A stretch of DNA of 64,000 nt from a virus, in IMG/VR virus record IMGVR_UViG_3300042469_000981. One strand, written 5' to 3'. Numbering within the stretch: position 1 is the stretch's first letter; each line of letters opens with the position of its first letter. Positions 18,994 to 27,000 of this stretch are shown here, piece after piece. The translations under genes and the position numbers were made by a program. Under the pieces are notes generated by a model. It saw only the letters and a list, made by a program, of their open reading frames with translations, had not been told where the DNA came from and searched no databases.

Positions 18994-20187
18994 TTAATAA
19001 ATATCCAAAAGTTTATTAACTGACATAATTACTTGATCTGGAGTAATAGTTTTAGTACATTCAAATTGGCGAGGGGTATCTTTATGGTCTGGACACCATT
19101 CCCAGTCGCCTGGATCTAACCATTTGCGGTTAAAACATCCTTTACATGTTTTAGGATCTTCAGGATAAACACGTTCACATTCCTGGAATTCAGTATATGG
19201 ATGGCTAAATCCTGAAATCATAATTGTAGGTGTGTTTAAAGACCAGGATAACCAACTTAATCCACTACCTACACCAATAAACATTTTAGCATCCCTAATA
19301 TCAACCATTCTGTCTTGTAATGGTAAATCTCCAGTTTTATTAATTACACCTGTTAAAGTACCTCCTAGTTTAGAGTCATGCCATTCATCACCTAAAGGCT
19401 CTTGAGTAAGCATTACTACTTTATAACCTTTATCATTTAAATAATCAATAACAGTTTGCCATCCTCCTTTATAATTCCAATACTTAGCATGGGCTGAAGC
19501 ATGAGGAGCAATAACAACATAATCACCTTTAATATCTGTTTTTGTTTTAGGTGAGTTTATAATAGGTTTAACTTCAGAGTATTTTAACCCTAAAATTTCA
19601 CTTGCTGTTTGTTGTAAAGGATATTTTTTAAAGTCAATTGGTATCTTATCAAATATAACTTTTTTATCATCATAAAACCAACCAAGATTATACATTGCAT
19701 AAAGGTTATCTACTTGAGAACCAGGTTTTACAAACTCAATATGTGGGTAATTTCCTTCAAACCATTCATTGTGGAATGTAGAACAAATTACATCACACAT
19801 AAATGTTTTTCTAAATTCTTCAATGTAAGGGAACCATGCTAAAGTATCACCCATAGCCCCAGAATCAATGTGTATATAAACGCGTTTATCTTTTACACAC
19901 CAATCATGATCAAATACTAAATTGTTGTTACTATAAACTTCTATACGCCAATTAACACAATATTTAATGTTGGTACGAGTCCACATATTGTTATTAATTG
20001 TACTTTCATGTAATACACGATTTGTTTTTTTATTAATAAATTTAACTTTATATTCTTGTTCTGATGGTCCTAAAACTTCTAAGAAAGCACCATTAACAAA
20101 ATTAACATTAAAAGTGTTTTGTGGTTTTTTGTTTTTAATATTTAATATTTTAGTATTACTATATTCTTTAACCAATATGTCTTTCAT
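18994..20187 (-). CDS. tibC: Aah/TibC-type (BAHT, autotransporter strand-loop-strand) protein O-heptosyltransferase homologue
   Basis: 397 aa; N-terminal beta domain ending KYCVNWRIEV; GAMGDTLAWFPY; FIGVGSGLSWLSWSLNTPTIMISGFSHPYTEF; CKGC-x13-C-x11-C in WCPDHKDTPRQFECTK, the Fe-binding Cys pattern of this family. Confidence 0.85.
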   Translation of the reverse strand: MKDILVKEYSNTKILNIKNKKPQNTFNVNFVNGAFLEVLGPSEQEYKVKFINKKTNRVLHESTINNNMWTRTNIKYCVNWRIEVYSNNNLVFDHDWCVKDKRVYIHIDSGAMGDTLAWFPYIEEFRKTFMCDVICSTFHNEWFEGNYPHIEFVKPGSQVDNLYAMYNLGWFYDDKKVIFDKIPIDFKKYPLQQTASEILGLKYSEVKPIINSPKTKTDIKGDYVVIAPHASAHAKYWNYKGGWQTVIDYLNDKGYKVVMLTQEPLGDEWHDSKLGGTLTGVINKTGDLPLQDRMVDIRDAKMFIGVGSGLSWLSWSLNTPTIMISGFSHPYTEFQECERVYPEDPKTCKGCFNRKWLDPGDWEWCPDHKDTPRQFECTKTITPDQVIMSVNKLLDIY

Positions 20188-21115
20188 ATAAATTTATTAA
20201 TTCAGCAGAACGATTTAACCAGGACAATTTTTCAGCGGTTTGTAAAGATAATTTCCTGTAGTCATTATATTCATTTATGATTGTATCTAACCCACGTAAC
20301 ATTTCTTGTAAATCACGAGGTGATCTCCATAACCCATGGAATGTAGTTTCTTCTTCAATCCATCCAAGTATAGGTAAACCACAAGCTGCTGCCTCTAATA
20401 TAGTTAAATTAGGATGACCTGCTTCTAATTCTGATGGGTGTAAAAAGATTGTATGTGAGTTATAAAGTTGTCTTAATTGTTCATTAGACGGCTCAGTTAA
20501 AATACTTAACTTAGGATAACCAAATATCCAAGGATTGTCATTAAACCAATTTTCATTATTTTTTGGACCAGCTATTGTGATAGGTAAATTAGAAGCCATA
20601 GCTACTTTAATACCTAATTCAAATCCTTTTCTATCATAAGAACCATATCCACCTAAACCATTATTTGCTAACATTAATAAACTATGATAAACAGGTGTTG
20701 TATCATTTGGTTTAAATGTATCTGTATTTACTCCATGAGAAAAATAATGCACATTAGGCAATTCAAAATAATCAACTAAATAACGAGCAGGTACTAAAGA
20801 AAAAATAGATTTTTCCATAGCCTTTCGATTTTGTTTATAAACATCTGAGTCTTTACCGTAATGGTAAGCATGGTGGTCATGATGCTGGAAGATATAAGGT
20901 ATGCCTTTGTCTGCTAATTCTAGGGCTAAGTTAGCAACATGAACCATTACTAAATCATAATCTCCTTTTTTAATTTCATTAGCCCATTTTATATCTACTT
21001 CATGACCTAATTCTTTTAAATTGCATGTAAATTCCCATACAATTTTTTCTATTGCTCCCCATGTGGGTGGAGGAATTGGTATTCCACATCCTGGATTTAC
21101 TTGGCAGATTTTCAT
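20168..21115 (-). CDS. Glycosyltransferase family 4 (GT-B fold)
   Basis: 315 aa; IPPPTWGAIEKIV, SHGVNTDTF, FLHPSELEAGHPNLTILEAAACGLP (E-x7-E type motif). Confidence 0.88.
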   Translation of the reverse strand: MKICQVNPGCGIPIPPPTWGAIEKIVWEFTCNLKELGHEVDIKWANEIKKGDYDLVMVHVANLALELADKGIPYIFQHHDHHAYHYGKDSDVYKQNRKAMEKSIFSLVPARYLVDYFELPNVHYFSHGVNTDTFKPNDTTPVYHSLLMLANNGLGGYGSYDRKGFELGIKVAMASNLPITIAGPKNNENWFNDNPWIFGYPKLSILTEPSNEQLRQLYNSHTIFLHPSELEAGHPNLTILEAAACGLPILGWIEEETTFHGLWRSPRDLQEMLRGLDTIINEYNDYRKLSLQTAEKLSWLNRSAELINLYERHIG

Positions 21116-21117
21116 TT

Positions 21118-21726
21118 TTAATTATGTACAAATAAACACTTATCTATAAAATATGGAATTAACTCATGTTTCATATTTTCTACTAATATTCCATCAGCTG
21201 CTGCTTCATGTTTATCTATTGAATATTTTTTTATAACTTCACTTTTTGTAGTAAATTGACCAAAATCAATATAACTATGTTGGATTTTAGGAATAAAATG
21301 TCCATAATCTTTTTTATTATGACTATGAATATTACTATATTTTCCTAAAATCATTTCCCAATATACAAAATTTACTTCAGGATTCCTAGTAATTGCTAGA
21401 TTAATTTCTTCAAGCAAAATAGGCATAAAGTAATTATCATCATTAGTATGGATAATCCAATCACCGGTTGCTAATTGGGTACCTACTTCTCTGCTATGAT
21501 GACCCCAATGGCCGTGTCTTATTTCTGTATTTGTATATTTAAATCTAGGATCTTTAAGATAATCTTCTAATTGATTTTTATGATTATTATTAAAACCATC
21601 ATGCACTAAAATAACTTCCCAATTACTATAAGTTTGACAAACAATACTTTGAAGATTACATTTAAGCAAGTGTGTTTGTTCCCAACATGGAATAATAAAA
21701 CTAAATTTTGTTTTTTCTATTTTCAT
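21118..21726 (-). CDS. Glycosyltransferase family 2 (GT-A fold)
   Basis: 202 aa; FSFIIPCW, CQTYSNWEVILVHDG, TGDWIIHTNDDNY. Confidence 0.88.
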   Translation of the reverse strand: MKIEKTKFSFIIPCWEQTHLLKCNLQSIVCQTYSNWEVILVHDGFNNNHKNQLEDYLKDPRFKYTNTEIRHGHWGHHSREVGTQLATGDWIIHTNDDNYFMPILLEEINLAITRNPEVNFVYWEMILGKYSNIHSHNKKDYGHFIPKIQHSYIDFGQFTTKSEVIKKYSIDKHEAAADGILVENMKHELIPYFIDKCLFVHN

Positions 21727-21728
21727 AG

Positions 21729-23720
21729 TTAATATAAAGTTAAGACTCCGTTTTTAGGTAATTGATTTTCAATATAATATTCATCAACTATTATTTTTTT
21801 ATTTTCTATTTGAGTTTGATCATGTATATCATAAGATGAATAAACTATAATGTATGTTTTTTTAGGATCAAACATAACTTGTCTAAACCAAGCTATTTTA
21901 TGTAAAACATTTACTGTTTCTTCAAAAAGCATATTCTCATCTTCGTAAACTGTAATGTTAATATTTCTACTATCAGTTGAATTAGCGATATTTAAAAACA
22001 CGGCAAATTGGTCTGGATGTTCTTTAATAGGTAGTACTGAAAAATATTCTACTCGGGAGTAATCTTTATGGGTAAAATTATCTTTTACTAATTTAGTAAA
22101 TTCAGATTCTTCTTCCCAATATATTTTATCAGCATCTTGATTAAAAGTATGGTATGTTAAATTTTCTAATCCGTTAGATTCACTACCCCATTTTACCATT
22201 AATGAATCATATTCTTTAGATGTTTTAATAGGTAAAAAATGATCTAAATAAAATTGAGGTTTAGTAGCTAAAAAATAAGTAATAACTGTATTGCCTTCTA
22301 GTTCTTTTCTTAAACCAACATATGCTTGTTTATTATTTAATATTAAAGATACATTGTCGATATAAGAAGCATTTTCTAAAATATAATCATAATTTAAAAA
22401 GAATATTTTTTTAATACCTAAACTATTAGCTAATGAAGCTGCATTGTAATAATTAGTATACACAGATGGTCCATGATAAACATCATTGTTTTCTCCAGAT
22501 AACATCAAATCTACTCTCCAACTACTATAATCAAACCAAGTATAACTATAGAATGTATGTTTAGTTAAAAGATTATTATTATCATAGATACAATAATCAA
22601 CTATTTCTTGCAGTTCTTTAGGAATTGGTAAGTGTGATGTTAATATAATTTTTCTACCTGTTTTCTTTAAAGACTCAATACATTCTTTAGTTGTTTCAAC
22701 TATAGAGTTTAAAATTGGGTAGGTTGAAACTACTATTGCTTCTTCTTCAGTTTTAGGTAAATTAGAATAATATAAAGTAGATTCAATTAAACTTAAATTA
22801 TAACTAAAATCAGTAAAGTCTAAGTAATTTACATTATAATCATCCCAATAATTAAGATATACAGGTAGGTTATATATTAAAACAGGTATTTGATATGAAA
22901 CTGCTTCTCTAATTACTAGAGGCATTGTTTCTTTATCATTGTTTGTGCCCCTGGATGTAAATAGGAATAGATCCATTGCTTGATAAAAAGCATCTACATC
23001 TGTTCTTTCATTCCACCAAGTTAAATTATTGGGTTTGTTTTTCATTAACGGTTCCCAATAATGTCTAAAGTTGTCGGCTTGATTACCTACACAATGGAAC
23101 TCATATTGAGGTAACGCTTTAGCATATTCAAAAAACTCAGCTTGGTTTTTACGGGGAGTAAATAATCCAATATGAAGAATATGTTTTTTATTAGGATCTA
23201 ATCCTAATTTTTGTAGTGCCCCTGTTCTATCCGGTCTTTCAATATATTCAATAGGATATTCAACTAATACTTTAGGAATGTCTATATCTTTATATTGATT
23301 AATCTGCCATTGTGATACAAACATAAACTTATCCGGGAAAAATTTCTTCTGAGTTGTGTCATAAGATGAGTCATGAGATGTTTCTACAATTTTATACTTT
23401 CTGTCTTGAGTATAAATTTGCTCAGCTATCTTACTATCCATAAAAAACTCAGGTATTTCCTCTAAATGAATAATATCGGGTTGGATATTATTAATAATAT
23501 TGATTAATTGCTGTTTATTATCGTCTAATGTGTAGAACTTTTCAGGGGCAACTAACTGCGTTATCTTATTGCGAGTCACTACTAATATACCACCAGTACA
23601 ATCAACCCATTCAACTAAATAAATATCATAACTATTTTTTAATAGTTCAATTTTTTTAGCTAAATATTGAGGTAATCCTCCTGTCGATAAATGAGGCGCT
23701 ACATATAGTAGTTTCTCCAT
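21729..23720 (-). CDS. GT4 glycosyltransferase fused to a second, probably GT-A-like, domain
   Basis: 663 aa; PHLSTGGLPQY, GLFTPRKNQ, FYQAMDLFLFTS...ETMPLVIREA; second half has AIVVSTYP...ILTSH...FFLNYDY. Confidence 0.8.
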   Translation of the reverse strand: MEKLLYVAPHLSTGGLPQYLAKKIELLKNSYDIYLVEWVDCTGGILVVTRNKITQLVAPEKFYTLDDNKQQLINIINNIQPDIIHLEEIPEFFMDSKIAEQIYTQDRKYKIVETSHDSSYDTTQKKFFPDKFMFVSQWQINQYKDIDIPKVLVEYPIEYIERPDRTGALQKLGLDPNKKHILHIGLFTPRKNQAEFFEYAKALPQYEFHCVGNQADNFRHYWEPLMKNKPNNLTWWNERTDVDAFYQAMDLFLFTSRGTNNDKETMPLVIREAVSYQIPVLIYNLPVYLNYWDDYNVNYLDFTDFSYNLSLIESTLYYSNLPKTEEEAIVVSTYPILNSIVETTKECIESLKKTGRKIILTSHLPIPKELQEIVDYCIYDNNNLLTKHTFYSYTWFDYSSWRVDLMLSGENNDVYHGPSVYTNYYNAASLANSLGIKKIFFLNYDYILENASYIDNVSLILNNKQAYVGLRKELEGNTVITYFLATKPQFYLDHFLPIKTSKEYDSLMVKWGSESNGLENLTYHTFNQDADKIYWEEESEFTKLVKDNFTHKDYSRVEYFSVLPIKEHPDQFAVFLNIANSTDSRNINITVYEDENMLFEETVNVLHKIAWFRQVMFDPKKTYIIVYSSYDIHDQTQIENKKIIVDEYYIENQLPKNGVLTLY

Positions 23721-23738
23721 AACCTTTGTTAAATAAAA

Positions 23739-24017
23739 TTAGAATGAAGCTACTTTGGTATTTTCAACTTCAGTAGGGATAAATTCACCACTTTCAATGT
23801 TGATAGTACCAGCACCATACTTGTCAGAAAGAGTTTTACCCATTTCAGATTCTTCTTCTTTTAAATCATTAAAGAATTTAACAAGTTCAGTTTCTCTAGC
23901 TTCAAGTTGCAATTTAGCAATTCTAAGATTACCAAATTCATTTACAAGAGCAGTGTTTTTTTGTTGGATTTCTTTAAGAGCGTCAATCTCTTTTTTAGTT
24001 AATTTTTTTGTAGCCAT
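23739..24017 (-). CDS. Small coiled-coil protein, paralogue of 2371..2622
   Basis: 92 aa; see 2371..2622. Confidence 0.6.
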   Translation of the reverse strand: MATKKLTKKEIDALKEIQQKNTALVNEFGNLRIAKLQLEARETELVKFFNDLKEEESEMGKTLSDKYGAGTINIESGEFIPTEVENTKVASF

Positions 24018-24046
24018 AAATTTATTTTAATAACAGTTTATATCAA

Positions 24047-24078
24047 TAAATATATGAAAAATAATTTAAATATCCAAA
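24047..24078 (-). promoter_or_regulatory. Bacteroidota-type promoter-like element TTTG-N20-TATATTTA
   Basis: Minus strand TTTG GATATTTAAATTATTTTTCA TATATTTA; resembles the TTTG(-33)/TAnnTTTG(-7) consensus. Confidence 0.45.
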
Positions 24079-24083
24079 CTATC

Positions 24084-27000
24084 TTAGAAAACACCAGTAA
24101 TTATTCCTCCTACAACATTTATGTTTTGAGTTCCTGGAGGGTTCATTGGGATGTTTATAACTCCAGTATATCCAGGAGCTGCTCCTATAGAATATCCAGT
24201 TGAAGCATTAATTTGACCAGAAACATCTAGAGGATATCCGGGAGATGCTGTACCAATTCCTAATCTACTATTTGTAACATCAGCATATAGGAAAGATACA
24301 CTTTGTATTTGAGTTGTACTTGTAGTTCTAACTAGATAATCAGGTTGATTAGTAAACGTACCACCACTAATACCAGAAGTACCATTAAATGATAAACCTG
24401 AAGTACCAGCTGAACCGCTTGTACCTGAAGTACCGCTTACTGCAGATAAACCAGCAGCCCCTGCTATACCTGAAGTACCAGAGCTACCGGATGTGCCTGA
24501 TGTGCCTGAAGTTTGAGACGCTCCTGAAGCTCCTGCCGCTCCAGAAGTACCATTTGATCCATTCGTACCTGAAGTTCCTGAAGTGTTAGAAGATCCTGAG
24601 GCTCCTGCTGTTCCGTTTGAACCTGCTGAACCTGAAGTGCCAGAAGTATTTGATAAACCACTTGCTCCTGCTAGTCCTGAAGTACCACTTGAGCCTGAAG
24701 AACCACTTGAGCCTGAAGTACCAGAAGTGTTTGAGGATCCAGAAGGACCGGCTGTACCATTTGATCCTGTTGAACCACTAGAACCAGCAGTACCTGATGT
24801 GTTTGAAGATCCTGAAGGGCCAGCGGTTCCATTAGAACCTGTTGAACCTGAAGAACCACTAGTTCCTGATGTACTTGATACACCTGAACCACCATCTACT
24901 CCTGATGTACCTGTACTTCCAGACGAACCACTTGAGCCAGATGTTCCTGAAGTATTAGATGAACCTGAAGGGCCTGCGGTTCCATTTGAACCTGTAGATC
25001 CGCTTGAACCTGAAGTGCCAGAAGTGTTAGATGAACCTGATGGACCTGCTGTACCATTTGATCCTGTTGATCCAGAAGAACCAGATGTTCCTGATGAACT
25101 TGAAGAACCAGAAGCGCCTGCTGTACCGTTAGATCCTGATGAACCTGAAGTACCAGAAGTGGCACTTACTGCTGAAAGACCAGCAGCACCTGCTATACCA
25201 GAAGTACCTGAAGAACCGGATGTACCACTTGTTCCTGAGGTTGTTGAACTTCCAGAGGCACCTGCTGTTCCATTAGAACCAGTTGAGCCAGAAGTTCCAG
25301 AAGTATTAGAAGAGCCTGAAGCTCCAGCCGTTCCATTAGAACCAGTAGAACCACTAGTACCTGATGTGTTAGATAAACCTGAGTTCCCTGCTGTACCACT
25401 TGAGCCTGTAGAACCACTAGTTCCAGAAGTGCCGGAAGTATTGGAGGATCCAGATGGACCTGCTGTACCATTAGAACCGGTTGATCCTGAAGTACCGCTT
25501 GTACCTGAAGTAGATGATGCTCCTGAATTACCTGCTGCACCTGATGATCCATTTGAACCAGCTGAACCTGAAGTTCCAGATGTATTAGATATACCACTAG
25601 CTCCTGCTAATCCGGATGTTCCGCTTGAACCAGATGATCCACTAGAACCTGAAGTGCCAGAAGTGTTAGATGAACCTGATGGACCTGCTGTACCATTTGA
25701 TCCTGTTGATCCAGAAGAACCAGATGTTCCTGATGTATTAGAAGATCCAGAAGGACCTGCAGTTCCATTAGAACCTGTTGATCCACTTGAACCTGAAGTA
25801 CCGGAAGTAAAGGATGTACCTGAAGGGCCTGCTGTTCCATTTGAACCTGTTGACCCTGATGATCCACTAGTACCAGAAGTACTTGAAACGCCTGAACCTC
25901 CATCAACACCAGAAGTACCTGTTGAACCAGAAGATCCAGAAGAACCAGATGAGCCGCTTGTTTGTGATGCTCCACTAGCTCCTGCACTACCATTTGATCC
26001 TGTAGAACCAGAAGTACCAGAAGTGCCTGAAGAATTTGATTGCCCTGAATTACCTGCTGTACCTGAACTCCCTGTTGAACCAGATGATCCGCTTGAACCT
26101 GAAGTAAAAGATTCTCCAGATGCTCCTGCGTTTCCTGAAGTACCATTTGATCCTGAAGAACCGCTTGATCCTGAAGTACCAGAAGTGCCTGAAGAAGAAG
26201 ATGATCCAGAAGCACCAGCAGTACCATTAGAACCTGAACTTCCTGAGGTACCAGAAGTAGCACTTACTGCTGAAAGACCAGCAGCGCCTGCTATACCTGA
26301 AGTACCAGATGAACCGCTTGTTCCTGAAGTACCTGAAGTATTGCTACTACCTGATACTCCTGCACTACCATTTGATCCTGTTGATCCTGAAGTTCCTGAG
26401 GTACCTGAAGTGTTGCCTGTGCCTGAAGCACCTGCTGAACCATTTGATCCAGCTGAACCAGATGTACCTGAAGTTCCACTAGTACCTGAAGAACCACTAT
26501 TTTGTGATAAACCTGAAGTACCTGTTGATCCAGAAGAACCAGAAGTACCTGAGGTTGAACTTTGTCCTGAATTACCTGCCACTCCAGAAGAACCATTTGA
26601 TCCACTTGAACCTGATGTTCCAGAACTAGCTGATTGTCCTGATGATCCATCAACACCTGATGAACCACTTGAACCTGATGAACCACTTGATCCAGAAGTA
26701 CTAGACACTCCTGAAGAACCATTTGATCCTGATGATCCAGATGAACCACTAGATCCACTTGTACCAGAAGTAGAAGAACTTCCTGAGGCACCGGCTGAAC
26801 CATTTGATCCAGCTGAACCACTAGTACCTGATGTATTTGATATACCACTAGCTCCTGCTAATCCTGATGTACCAGAAGAGCCAGAGCTACCTGACGATCC
26901 AGAAGATCCGCTTGAACCAGATGTCCCAGATGTGTTACTTTGTCCTGAAGAACCATTTGACCCTGATGAACCACTTGTTCCTGATGTACCACTAGAACTA

